DNA from: Gammaproteobacteria bacterium
Lineage (GTDB): Bacteria > Pseudomonadota > Gammaproteobacteria > JAKDMP01
Assembly (NCBI GenBank): GCA_030452225.1
Contig: JAKDMP010000002.1
Location: 1 to 44,651, forward strand
Direction of reading: 5' to 3'
DNA length: 44,651 nucleotides
How positions within the stretch are numbered: position 1 is the stretch's first letter; the number at the start of each line of letters is the position of its first letter. Of the stretch, positions 24,029 through 33,497 are shown piece by piece. The position numbers and the translations under genes are program-made. The notes under the pieces are model-generated. The model made no database searches, had not been told where the DNA came from, and was given only the letters and a program-made list of their open reading frames with translations.

Positions 24029-25084
24029 TCAATGCATCCGCGAACCGCGCCGATACCCGGCCAAGGCGTGCAATTGGCCGACGAACATCAAGGCCCAGGC
24101 CGCCAGTCCCGCGGCAAACATCGCCCAGGTCCACAGGTCGAGGAAGTGGAAGCCCAGCGCCGCGGACATCTCGTGGGTGGCGACGGCATACATGCCCAGG
24201 GGAAACACGGCGCCCCAGAAAAGCGGCTCGAAGCGCAGCGGGTAGCGCTTGTACACATGGCGCCAGAAGCCGAGCACCAGCAACATGGGGATCCACCAGG
24301 TGCCGGTGGCCCAGTAGAAGATCGTGAAACCCTTGATGAAAGGCTCCAGCGCATCGAGTATCGTGGCATGTGCGACGTTGATGCTCAACAGCGCCCCCAC
24401 GAGGGTCGATATGGCCATCGCGCCCATGTTGATCCAGTACGGCGGCGACAAATCGTCGGGCCGCAGGACGAAAAAGGTGTAGCGGAAGAAGATGAGCGAC
24501 ATCATCCAGATGTAGAGCATGCCGCCCCACAGCCACATGGACAGGGCGATGAAGTTCAGGGGCAACTGGAATTCGTGCCCAACCTCGGTCGCCAGCAGGG
24601 CACTGAGCGCGGCGATGGCCTGCGTGGCCACGACGGCCAGCAACCAGCCACCGTTGATCCCGCGGGCAAGCGTCGGCTTGCTCTCCTTGACGGTCAGAAT
24701 GGCGAAGATGGAAAACGTCAACGCCAGCCACAGCAGGACGGCGAGTGCCCACAACGCGAGGGCGGCGGTCGCGTGGTCGAGCAGGAGCAGGCACTGGCTC
24801 CCGAGGATACCCGTCGCCGCCACGACGGTGAAAAAACCCGCGCCCTTGTCGTGGCTGCAAAAGTCGGCAACCACGCGTTGACGGTAACGCAGAAACCGGA
24901 TCACGTACAGGGTCCACAGCAGGACGAAAAAGACCGCATTGAGTGCGAACAGGGCTTGCGCCAATATCGGGAGGCCCAATCGCCAGGCGCCGATCGAGAC
25001 AATTCCCGTGGCCATGACCATGCTGAAGTAGGCCGGCGAAAGATGGGCGAGGGCGGAAGCTTGTGCGCGCGGCGGCGGCTGCAT
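24029..25084 (-). CDS. TehA/SLAC1 (tellurite-resistance/dicarboxylate transporter, TDT) family anion channel or transporter
   Basis: The 351-aa protein has about 10 TM helices. The N-terminal LSPAYFSMVMATGIVSIG matches the TehA PAGYFGIVLG motif. WINMGAMAIS and the FYWATGTWWIP blocks are typical of the family. Confidence 0.85.
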   Translation of the reverse strand: MQPPPRAQASALAHLSPAYFSMVMATGIVSIGAWRLGLPILAQALFALNAVFFVLLWTLYVIRFLRYRQRVVADFCSHDKGAGFFTVVAATGILGSQCLLLLDHATAALALWALAVLLWLALTFSIFAILTVKESKPTLARGINGGWLLAVVATQAIAALSALLATEVGHEFQLPLNFIALSMWLWGGMLYIWMMSLIFFRYTFFVLRPDDLSPPYWINMGAMAISTLVGALLSINVAHATILDALEPFIKGFTIFYWATGTWWIPMLLVLGFWRHVYKRYPLRFEPLFWGAVFPLGMYAVATHEMSAALGFHFLDLWTWAMFAAGLAAWALMFVGQLHALAGYRRGSRMH

Positions 25085-25334
25085 GTGGCGCTACCCGCCG
25101 GCGGGCGCGGTCGGGTCGCTGCCGACCGGTTGCCGCGGTTGCCGATTGTGCTCGACACCTGGATGTCCGGCGGCGCGTTCGAAGCTCGGTCCGGTACGCG
25201 GTGCGTGCATGGTCAAGCTTTCACCGGGCCGCGCCCCGCGCCGGGCACGAGTACCCATTGGTCGGACAGGTTCATGCTGGAAGCCGATTCGATTTCTCCT
25301 GCCGCGATTGTAACTTCGACTTTTTCGCTTCGGA

Positions 25335-25348
25335 TTGAAGCAGATCAA
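25335..25348 (-). promoter_or_regulatory. FNR-type box (minus strand TTGATCTGCTTCAA) with class-II spacing to a TACAAT -10 (25312..25307); promoter of the TehA-like gene
   Basis: It matches TTGAT-N4-ATCAA at 9 of 10 positions. Exactly 22 nt separate it from TACAAT. The predicted leader is about 215 nt. Confidence 0.5.
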
Positions 25349-25390
25349 GGACGGCTCTCCTGTGACGGTGGCTTTTCGATGGGGGCGCGG

Positions 25391-25434
25391 CATGCCCGCG
25401 ACACTGGATGGTGCCGGCCGTTGTCGCGGGCATG
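25391..25434. repeat. 13-bp perfect inverted repeat CATGCCCGCGACA-N18-TGTCGCGGGCATG (extendable to about 17 bp with one mismatch)
   Basis: Read directly. It lies between the tamB stop (25563) and the FNR-type promoter. No U-tract follows on either strand. Confidence 0.6.
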
Positions 25435-25562
25435 GCGCGTTCCTGCCGGCGCAGGCCTTCGAGCTGCAGAATCTGCGAGTGGTCACAGAAGAGATTCACC
25501 TCCGAAAAAGGGCGGTGTGCAGCCGGCCGGCAGTCGGCCGTTTGTCGGCGCGAAATGCCGCG

Positions 25563-28500
25563 TCAGAAGGCGATCTGGTAGAGGATGTCGGCGCCGCTGA
25601 TGGTGCCGGATACGGCCCTCAGGGCCCAGTGGCGGGAGATCGTGTAATGGACGCGCAGCAGGTTGATCGGCTGGTACAGGCCGATGCCGTAGCTCACGTA
25701 CAGGCGCGGGGTGAGGTATTCGCCGAGAAACAGGGAAGTCTGATTCCTGTCCGTAGTGTAGGGGCTGGCGCTTTCGACCGTTACGGTGTCCACGCCGATG
25801 TACTCGCCGACCGATTCGGCCAGAAACGTGGCGCCGGCAAGGCCGAGTGCATTGGCGGCCTGGGCCTGAAGGCTGCTTTGGGTGCCGCTGTTTTGCCGTA
25901 CGCCGTGACCGAACAGCAGGTAGGCAAGGGCGTTCGATTCCGACATGGGCGGGTCGGAGTAGATATCCATGCGCGGGCGGCGCAAGCTGCCGGTTACATG
26001 CAAGCCGACGACGACCGTGCCGAGGTCGCGTTGCGCGCGCATGTTCACGGAGGGGTTGCCCACCCATCCGCCGCTGAACAAGAGTACGCCCTGGACGATT
26101 TTCAGCTTGATCCCGTATGCCTTGTATTGCCCCTCGAGTACCCTGATTTCGCCGGTGCCGGTGGCCAGCTCGTGCGGCTCCTGGATCAGGGTGAGCCGGC
26201 CACCGAGTCGCGCGTCCACTCCAAAGCCGCTGAAGTGTATTTTGTCTCCGAGACGCAGCGTGATGCGCGCCTGGACGGCGATCGGGCTTTTCGGGGCGGG
26301 TGTTTTTTTGCCGACTATGACCAGATCCTCGCTCGGCGCGATGGCATTGGCAAAGTCCGGCGGCTGGATGTCCGCGGAAGGAATCGCAATGACACCCTTC
26401 ACGCTCAGCCGCCGGTTCTTCCATCCGATGTCGAGTTCGGGGCTGACTACGAGGCGAGCCATGGGCATATTGGCAATGAGAAAGTGCTCGCCTTTCACCC
26501 GGGCATCGAGCGCCCATCTTCGGGCATCGCGCAGGAGGCTCCCGTGCAGGCTCAAATGGCCCTTTTTGCCGTCGTCCATGCTGCCGGACAGGCTGAGTCG
26601 CGTGCCCTCGCCGCGCAGGGTGAGCCGCGCGTTTTTGACGCGGGTTCCAAATCGGGGCACGCTGAAGCCGGCCCGAGACAGGGCGATGCGGCCGGAAAAG
26701 CGCGGCTGTTCGAGCGAACCCGATACGGAAAAATCCGCATCGAGCCGGCCGCTCAGCTTGTCGATGGCGGTGCTCAGCGCGTCCATTCGGGACAGGTTCG
26801 GCAGGTGCGCGGTGATGGCGAGCCGACCCGTGGGCATTTCATGCCTGCGCCAGGGGCTCTCGACGCGAATGTCGAGCATGCCGCCGAGGGACGGCAGGAC
26901 GCCCAGTCGCGCCTGGGCCGTGCCGCCGTCGATGCGGACTTCAAGCCCGGCTTCGTTGAACCCGAAGTTCCTGCTCTCGCCCTGGATGCGGCGCTCGATG
27001 CTGCCCGAGCCGGCGTGCAGCAGGGCCAGCACGCGAAGCCGGCCGTTGCCGCCCCGCGCATCGACATAGCCGTCGAGCTCACCGTGAACCTGCATGCGCT
27101 CGAGGAACGGATTGGCAAGGTCCAGCGGCAAGGCATGCAGCGTCAGGCCGATTTGCCAGCCCTGCTTGTCCGAGTTGCCGGCCAGGCACAGGCGGGACTG
27201 GTCGGAGCCTTGCCAACAGCTCCGGCCGAGCGTCAATTGCCTTTCGCCCAGCAAGATTTCGGCGGCGTCCTGCAATCGGAATGCGGGGGTGCCCGGCGAC
27301 TGGAATCTGCCCCGCTCCAGGTTGCCTCGCCAGGCGTTTTCGAGGAGCCTTCCGGAGCCGGCGAGATGCAGTTCGCCGCGCTCGCCTTGAAAATCCAGCC
27401 TGAACCGCTGGGCATCGGCGGGCCCGGACAGGCTGAATTCGAGATCGCCGAGCATCGAGGCGGCTTTTTGGATGCCCTTCAGCGCAAGGTCAATCGAGGC
27501 GACCGCTTTTTTGCCCGCCTTGAATGCAGCCTGTGCGTCGGCCTGTTTGATCCGGACGCTGCGCCAGTGCAGGGCTTCACCGCTGAGTTTGCCCTCGATG
27601 AGCGGGGCTTTGCGCGTGCCGGTGATCGTGCCTTGCGCGGTGAGGTGACCGCCGAGTCCGGCGGCGAACAGGCTCAACTCCGGCGCGCGCAGTTGCCAGG
27701 CGATATCCGGGTGGTCGCTCCAGCGCCCCTGCAGGGTCAGACGGTTGGAGCCGGCGGCCAATGCAAGGCGGTTCACGACCAGCCGCTGTTCGGTCCAATC
27801 CAGGCTCGCGTGCCCGGTGACGGTCTGGCCGTGGAGGCGGCCGGTCAAGCGCTCGAGTTCGATGCGTGCGCCCAGGGGTTCGAGAGCGCCCTCGGCGGTC
27901 AGGACGAACGCGACGCTTTGCGGGAGTTGAGCGGCCATCCGGATGGCTTCGAGATCGAGGCCGTGACTTTCAAGCCGGAGTCGGAATGCTTGTCGATCTG
28001 CGAGCGACAGCTTGCCCGCGGCGAGGATTCTGCCGTCCAGCCAGCGCCCGGCGAGACCCGTGATCGTCGCCACCTGCGAGTTGCCGTGGGCCTTGAGCAG
28101 CCAGCGCCCCGCAGACAGTTCGCCGACCTGGATGCGGCCGAGCGCATGGACCGCCCAATCACGGAGCGTGCCGTCGAGGCTCGCGCCGCCTTCGGGGGCA
28201 AGCAGCTTCGGCGTTTTCGCGCCGGGCGGCCAGCGCAAGTCCTGCCAGGCCACCTCGAGGTGCGCGACGTGCGGCGCGTCCAGCGCGATTTGCCCGTGCA
28301 GGGTGAGTCGGCCCCTTGGAGCGGTGTGGCTCTCGGGCGCAGGCGCGGCCGTTTTGATGCCAAGCAGCTCGAGATTCAGATGTGCAATGCGCAGTTTCCG
28401 CTTCTGCAAGCCGGCCTGAAGATCGAAGCCGATCTGGGCGGATTGCTCTCCATGGACGGCGAGGCTGCCCCGGGCATTCAGGTTTTTTGCATTGCCGTGA

Positions 28501-29339
28501 AAATGAATGTCCGCCGTTGCCGCGAGTGCGGGCCAATCGGCGCGAAGCTTTGCCAGGTCGAGTCCCGCCAGCCAAAGCTTGCCCTGCACGCTTGGCTGAT
28601 CGAGCGGCTGGTCGATGTGTGTCTCGAGGCTTGCGGTGAACGGCGCACTTACCTTCTGCACGAGCGCAACGGATCCGCGCAGGTTGCCATCTATGCGGAG
28701 GCGGCCGGTCAGGGTCGGGAAGTCGGGCCAATGAACTTGTTCGCGAAGGCGCGCGGCGATTTTCCATTCGCCGTGCGGTTCGAGGCGAAGCTCGCCGGCG
28801 AGCTCGAAGCGGGATTGTCGGATTTCCAGGTCGGCCAGTTTGATGCGGTCCTCGCTTGCATCGAGCGAGAAACCGACGTGAACCAGTTGCCGTTGCTGTT
28901 GCGGCATGGAAATTTTGATTGCGTTCAGTTGCGCCGCGTCCACGATCCAGTGCCAGGACAGCTCGACTTGTTCGGGGAGCCTGAATGCGGCGTCCGATGG
29001 TTCATGCCGATCCGGCTTTACGGCAACGGAGATGTGATCCGCGGTCAATCGCGTGACCTTGATTTTGCCTGCCGCCAGCGCCGTGGGGCTCCAGTCGAGT
29101 TTGGCCTGCGCTACGGTGATGACAGCACCATCGAGATCGAGTTGCAGGTTTTTTATCTGGATCGGCCCCGCCAGCGTCCCCCGGACGCTTCCGATGCGCA
29201 GCGCGCCGTCGGAATAGTCTTCCACCAGTCCGACCGCCCAGCTCAAACCGGCCTGGGTCTGGAACAGCACGGCGATGCCCGTGACGATGACGACGACCAC
29301 GGCGCCGAGCGCAATGGCGATGCGATAGCGCCACTTCAC
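25563..29339 (-). CDS. tamB: translocation and assembly module inner-membrane protein TamB
   Basis: The 1258-aa protein has an N-terminal anchor helix, a long repetitive beta-rich body and a DUF490-type C-terminus (...LFLGEYLTPRLYVSYGIGLYQPINLLRVHYTISRHWALRA). It overlaps tamA by 4 nt. Confidence 0.9.
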   Translation of the reverse strand: MKWRYRIAIALGAVVVVIVTGIAVLFQTQAGLSWAVGLVEDYSDGALRIGSVRGTLAGPIQIKNLQLDLDGAVITVAQAKLDWSPTALAAGKIKVTRLTADHISVAVKPDRHEPSDAAFRLPEQVELSWHWIVDAAQLNAIKISMPQQQRQLVHVGFSLDASEDRIKLADLEIRQSRFELAGELRLEPHGEWKIAARLREQVHWPDFPTLTGRLRIDGNLRGSVALVQKVSAPFTASLETHIDQPLDQPSVQGKLWLAGLDLAKLRADWPALAATADIHFHGNAKNLNARGSLAVHGEQSAQIGFDLQAGLQKRKLRIAHLNLELLGIKTAAPAPESHTAPRGRLTLHGQIALDAPHVAHLEVAWQDLRWPPGAKTPKLLAPEGGASLDGTLRDWAVHALGRIQVGELSAGRWLLKAHGNSQVATITGLAGRWLDGRILAAGKLSLADRQAFRLRLESHGLDLEAIRMAAQLPQSVAFVLTAEGALEPLGARIELERLTGRLHGQTVTGHASLDWTEQRLVVNRLALAAGSNRLTLQGRWSDHPDIAWQLRAPELSLFAAGLGGHLTAQGTITGTRKAPLIEGKLSGEALHWRSVRIKQADAQAAFKAGKKAVASIDLALKGIQKAASMLGDLEFSLSGPADAQRFRLDFQGERGELHLAGSGRLLENAWRGNLERGRFQSPGTPAFRLQDAAEILLGERQLTLGRSCWQGSDQSRLCLAGNSDKQGWQIGLTLHALPLDLANPFLERMQVHGELDGYVDARGGNGRLRVLALLHAGSGSIERRIQGESRNFGFNEAGLEVRIDGGTAQARLGVLPSLGGMLDIRVESPWRRHEMPTGRLAITAHLPNLSRMDALSTAIDKLSGRLDADFSVSGSLEQPRFSGRIALSRAGFSVPRFGTRVKNARLTLRGEGTRLSLSGSMDDGKKGHLSLHGSLLRDARRWALDARVKGEHFLIANMPMARLVVSPELDIGWKNRRLSVKGVIAIPSADIQPPDFANAIAPSEDLVIVGKKTPAPKSPIAVQARITLRLGDKIHFSGFGVDARLGGRLTLIQEPHELATGTGEIRVLEGQYKAYGIKLKIVQGVLLFSGGWVGNPSVNMRAQRDLGTVVVGLHVTGSLRRPRMDIYSDPPMSESNALAYLLFGHGVRQNSGTQSSLQAQAANALGLAGATFLAESVGEYIGVDTVTVESASPYTTDRNQTSLFLGEYLTPRLYVSYGIGLYQPINLLRVHYTISRHWALRAVSGTISGADILYQIAF

Positions 29340-31102
29340 AGGGCCAACCCGATGCTGAGGTGTATGTGGATGGGGCTCAACTCGGGATGATCGACGGGAT
29401 GGGCAAAGTCGAGCCGGATCGCGCCCACCGGAGTAAAGTAGCGCACGCCGATACCCACTCCGAAATTCAGGGGCTCGGAGAAGCTATTGCTCGCCGAGCC
29501 GGCATCGACAAAACCGGCAAGCGCCCAATTGTCGGCGATCGGAAAATCGTATTCCACGCTGGCCACGCGCAGGAATTGGCCGCCGACCACCAGTCCGGCA
29601 GCATTGCGCGGGCCGAGGCTCTGGTAGTCATAGCCGCGCACCGTGGTGCTGCCCCCGGTGTAAAAACGCAGCGCCACCGGAATTTCCGAAAAATCGCCGG
29701 CGGCAATGGCGCCGATTTCTCCATGCAACAAGAGGCGGCCGGGCCCGAGCGGGAAGATGAATCGTGTCGAGACATCGACGCGCAGGAAATTGGCATCGGA
29801 AGCCAGAATTTTTGTCGAACCGCTCAGCATGCCATCCACGCTGAAGCCATGGCGGGGTCGGGTGGGCGGCTGCGCTTCGACATGGGAAAAACGTATTCCG
29901 GGAATCAGCAGCCGGGTGGTGAAAGACGAATTGCCGATTTCACTGATGTAGCGGTGCGCGTTCAGAAACAGGTTTTGTTGCCAGCCGCCGTACATGGTGA
30001 TGCGGTTGGCGCCCACGCCGAGAAGGTGGCTGACGGTATCGCCGTAGTCCTGCTGGCCCAGTGTCGCGGAGTACACCATGCTTTCGGTTGCCGGATTTTC
30101 GAGCGGTACGATGTAGCGCGCGACCGCTTGGGTCTGAATGCCCGATATGCGCGTGTCGAAACGCAAGCGATGGCCGGAGCGATTCAAGCGGCGCACTTCC
30201 CAGCCCAGGCTCAGGCGCGGGCCTGTGTCGGTGCCGTACCCGACCCCGATGCTGACGTGATTGCGCTCGGCGGGACTGAGTTGAACGTCGATCGGTACGC
30301 GGTGGCGGCGGGCCTGTTTCTTTTTCGGATCGACGATGACCGAGGAAAAATATCCGCTGGCGGCCAGTGCGGATTGCAGGTCGGCCAGTTCCGTCGCGTC
30401 GTAGGGCTCGCCGGGCCGGATATGCACGTATCTGTTCACCAAATCGGGATCGAGTATTTTCTGGTGGATCCGGATTTCACCAAAGCGATAGCGCTCGCCC
30501 GTCGCCATCACCAGCTTCACGTCGGCCCACAACTCCTTGGGGTCCACCGTCAAGCTGTGGGCCGTGAAGTGTGCGTCGAACCAGCCTTTTTCGGTAGCGA
30601 CACGCTTCAGCAACTGCCGGGAGCGGGTATATTCGGCTTGCTCGAGCCGCGTACCGGGTTTCATGGCCGAGCGCGCGACGACCGCCCGGAATGCCGGCGC
30701 GGACGAGCCGGGTCCCGTGACTTTCACCGTGACGCGGCGAATCAGGACGGGTTCACCCGTCGCGATGTGGAAGCTGGCCGTCCAGTTTTCTCCCTCGTGG
30801 GTGAGGCGACTTTCCACACGCGGCGAGAAGTAGCCGAAAGGCTTCAGCGCCTGGCGGATTTCCTCTTCGGCCCTGGTGTAGAGCCGGCGAATGGTTGCCG
30901 CCGGATGTTCGCCGTACTGCCGGTAATGAACGAGGCTGAGCGAAGCGAGTACATTGTCTTTGACGGCGCCGGTGACGCCCTGGACCTGAACCTCGACATC
31001 GGCAGCCGAAGCCGCGGCGGCAAAGCTGCACAGCAGCAAAGCCAGGCCAATCACACCTGCTGCTCCGCGTGGGGTGCAGGAACGGACTCGTGGCGGTTTC
31101 AT
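29336..31102 (-). CDS. tamA: Omp85-family outer-membrane protein TamA
   Basis: A signal peptide and POTRA-like N-terminal repeats are followed by a C-terminal bacterial surface antigen barrel (FYTGGSTTVRGYDYQSLGP...GVGIGVRYFTPVGAIRLDFAHP). Confidence 0.9.
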   Translation of the reverse strand: MKPPRVRSCTPRGAAGVIGLALLLCSFAAAASAADVEVQVQGVTGAVKDNVLASLSLVHYRQYGEHPAATIRRLYTRAEEEIRQALKPFGYFSPRVESRLTHEGENWTASFHIATGEPVLIRRVTVKVTGPGSSAPAFRAVVARSAMKPGTRLEQAEYTRSRQLLKRVATEKGWFDAHFTAHSLTVDPKELWADVKLVMATGERYRFGEIRIHQKILDPDLVNRYVHIRPGEPYDATELADLQSALAASGYFSSVIVDPKKKQARRHRVPIDVQLSPAERNHVSIGVGYGTDTGPRLSLGWEVRRLNRSGHRLRFDTRISGIQTQAVARYIVPLENPATESMVYSATLGQQDYGDTVSHLLGVGANRITMYGGWQQNLFLNAHRYISEIGNSSFTTRLLIPGIRFSHVEAQPPTRPRHGFSVDGMLSGSTKILASDANFLRVDVSTRFIFPLGPGRLLLHGEIGAIAAGDFSEIPVALRFYTGGSTTVRGYDYQSLGPRNAAGLVVGGQFLRVASVEYDFPIADNWALAGFVDAGSASNSFSEPLNFGVGIGVRYFTPVGAIRLDFAHPVDHPELSPIHIHLSIGLAL

Positions 31103-31281
31103 TGACTCATGTTACCGATAAAGCCTTGTCTCCTTCCCGGCCATGCCCGCGGCTCCATTGCCTTCGGCAGCGTTTGCGCATGCGCGGTCGAATCGACGCC
31201 CCTCTGGAGGATTGCCTAAAATGGCCCGATGCCCCGGCGAACATCGCCGCCGCCCGCGTCTTCATGGGAAAGCCCGCCCTC

Positions 31282-31917
31282 ATGCACGAACTGGCCGTAT
31301 CCGAACTCGAAGTCTGGCGGGGCGACCATTGCGCCTGCATGGACTGGAGTGCGCGGCTCGAGGCGGGGCAATTGCTGCATCTGCGCGGCGGCAACGGCGC
31401 CGGCAAGACCAGCCTGCTGCGCGTGCTCGCCGGCCTGGCCACGCCGGATAAAGGAGCTATCGAATTGGGCGAATACAAATGGCGCCCGAGGTCGGTGGAA
31501 TACCGCGAGCAACTGCGCTACGTCGCCCATCGCGACGGCGTCAAGACGGAACTCACGGCGCGGGAGAATCTGCGCCTGGCGGTGCGCTTGCTTGCCGAGG
31601 GCCAACCCGGGGACGTGGAAGAAGCGCTGGCCGGCGTGGGCCTGGAGGCACTGGCCGACCGCCGGGTGGCGGAGTTCTCGGCAGGGCAGCGCCGGCGCTT
31701 GGCGTTGGCGCGCTTGCTGCAGGGGCGCGCGCATCTATGGCTGCTGGACGAGCCGCTGGTGGCGCTCGATCGCGACGGCGTCGGCTTGGTGACGGAACTG
31801 ATACGGCGCCATCTCGGCGAAGGCGGCATTGCCGCCGTCGCCACGCACCAGGTCTTGCCGCTGGCGGGCGTGAAGGCGCTCCAAGTGGATTTGCCGCAGG
31901 TCCATCATGTTCATTGA
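31282..31917 (+). CDS. ccmA: heme exporter ATP-binding protein CcmA
   Basis: Walker A is GGNGAGKTSLLRVLAGL, the signature FSAGQRRRLALARL and Walker B LWLLDEP. ATG 31282 gives the same N-terminal spacing as E. coli CcmA. ATG 31264 is an in-frame alternative. Confidence 0.9.
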   Translation: MHELAVSELEVWRGDHCACMDWSARLEAGQLLHLRGGNGAGKTSLLRVLAGLATPDKGAIELGEYKWRPRSVEYREQLRYVAHRDGVKTELTARENLRLAVRLLAEGQPGDVEEALAGVGLEALADRRVAEFSAGQRRRLALARLLQGRAHLWLLDEPLVALDRDGVGLVTELIRRHLGEGGIAAVATHQVLPLAGVKALQVDLPQVHHVH

Positions 31918-32569
31918 GCTTTTGCGCCGCGAATGTCTGCTCGCCTGGCGGCGGCCGGGCGAAGCGCTGACGCCGCTGGTGTTCTTCCTCGTCACCAGCA
32001 TGCTCTTCCCGCTGGGCCTGACCCCGGATCCGGATCTGCTGCGCCCGCTGGCGCCGGGCCTGATCTGGGTGATTGCCTTCCTTGCCGGCATGCTGGGCGT
32101 GCAGGGTCTGTTCCGCGCCGATTATGATGACGGCAGCCTGGAGCAGCTGCTCCTCAGCCCGCGTCCGCTCACCCTGGCGATACTCGCCAAGGCGCTCGGG
32201 CACTGGCTGGTGACCGGGCTGCCCATCGTGTGCGGTGCGGCGCTGGTGGCCGAAATGCTGTTTGTTCCGCCGCATGTACTGGCGGCGCTCGTGGCCGGAT
32301 TGGCGCTGGGCACGCCGATATTGACATTGCTGGGCACCCTGGTTTCAGCCTTGACGGTCGGACTGCGTCAGGCCGCCGTGCTGGCGCCCGTATTGATCCT
32401 GCCGCTGTCGGTGCCCGTGCTGATCTTCGGTGCGCACAGCGCCCTGCTGGCCATGCACGGACAGTCCACCGCACGGGCGTTTGTTGTGCTCGCGGGTATG
32501 CTGATCCTGGCGCTGAGCCTGCTTCCCGCGGCCGCGGCGTTGGGTCTGCGCATCGGCCATGAAGCATGA
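31907..32569 (+). CDS. ccmB: heme exporter permease CcmB
   Basis: The 220-aa protein has 6 TM helices and the CcmB blocks FRADYDDGSLEQLLLSP. It overlaps ccmA by 11 nt. Confidence 0.92.
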   Translation: MFIELLRRECLLAWRRPGEALTPLVFFLVTSMLFPLGLTPDPDLLRPLAPGLIWVIAFLAGMLGVQGLFRADYDDGSLEQLLLSPRPLTLAILAKALGHWLVTGLPIVCGAALVAEMLFVPPHVLAALVAGLALGTPILTLLGTLVSALTVGLRQAAVLAPVLILPLSVPVLIFGAHSALLAMHGQSTARAFVVLAGMLILALSLLPAAAALGLRIGHEA

Positions 32570-32607
32570 ACCCGTTTTTAACCTGATTCGAGGTAAGGTC
32601 GTACAAG

Positions 32608-33330
32608 TTGTTGACATGGCTTCATAAATTGGGATCACCACCGTTGCTTTATCGCGTGGCGGGACGGGCGACGCCCTGGTTGATCGGGTTGACGCTCGTC
32701 CTCATGGCCGCAGGACTGGTGGGGGGGCTGTGGCTGGCGCCGCCGGACTACCAGATGGGCGACGGCTTCCGGATCATCTACATTCACGTACCGAGCGCCC
32801 TCCTGTCGATGGTGGTGTTTGCCGTGATGGCCGTGGCGAGCGCCGTGGGGTTGATCTGGCGCATCCGCATGGCCCATGCCGTGACGGCAGCGGCGGCGCC
32901 CATCGGCGCAGCCTTCACTTTCATTGCCCTGGTCACGGGCGCGCTGTGGGGCAAGCCCATGTGGGGCACGTACTGGGTTTGGGACGCGCGGCTGACCTCC
33001 GAATTGATCCTGCTGTTCCTGTATTTCGGCTACTTGGCGCTCGTGCATGCGTTCCCGGATCGCAGGACGGGGGATCAGGCCGGCGCGATTCTCGCCATCG
33101 TGGGGGCGGTGGATTTGCCCATCATCCATTTCTCGGTCCAGTGGTGGACCACGTTGCACCAGGGTGCGACCCTCAAGCTCAGTGGCACGCCGATGCCTGT
33201 TTCCATGTTGTGGCCTTTGCTGGTCATGATGCTGGCTTTTTTGTGTTACTTTGCTTGGTTGCTTATGGTGCGATTGCGCGCGGAAATTCTTCGCCGTGAA
33301 TATCGCGCCCGTTGGGTGGAAAAGATCTGA
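32608..33330 (+). CDS. ccmC: heme lyase/exporter component CcmC
   Basis: The WGKPMWGTYWVWDARLTS tryptophan-rich WWD motif is present, and the N-terminus aligns with E. coli CcmC. TTG start (32608 or 32611). Confidence 0.93.
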   Translation: MLTWLHKLGSPPLLYRVAGRATPWLIGLTLVLMAAGLVGGLWLAPPDYQMGDGFRIIYIHVPSALLSMVVFAVMAVASAVGLIWRIRMAHAVTAAAAPIGAAFTFIALVTGALWGKPMWGTYWVWDARLTSELILLFLYFGYLALVHAFPDRRTGDQAGAILAIVGAVDLPIIHFSVQWWTTLHQGATLKLSGTPMPVSMLWPLLVMMLAFLCYFAWLLMVRLRAEILRREYRARWVEKI

Positions 33331-33497
33331 TGGACAGTTGGCACGAATTCTGGACGATGGGCGGCTACGCCCGCTTTGTCTGGCCGGCCTATGGCGTGGC
33401 CTTCGTGGTTCTGCTGGGCAGCGGCTGGGCCGCGCATCGCGGTCTGCGTCGGGCGCTCGCCCGCGTCGCAAGCCGCGTGCGGGGAGGTCGCCGATGA
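33330..33497 (+). CDS. ccmD: heme exporter protein CcmD
   Basis: The 55-aa single-TM protein starts MDSWHEFWTMGGYARFVWPAYGVAFVVL. Its ATG shares one base with the ccmC TGA. Confidence 0.85.
   Translation: MDSWHEFWTMGGYARFVWPAYGVAFVVLLGSGWAAHRGLRRALARVASRVRGGRR

Noticed and set aside
25091-25486. 131-aa minus-strand ORF, and shorter ORFs, in the tamB / TehA-like intergenic region.
   Set aside because: The translation is Arg/Pro/Gly-rich with no SD and spans the predicted promoter and leader of the TehA-like gene. It is more likely non-coding.
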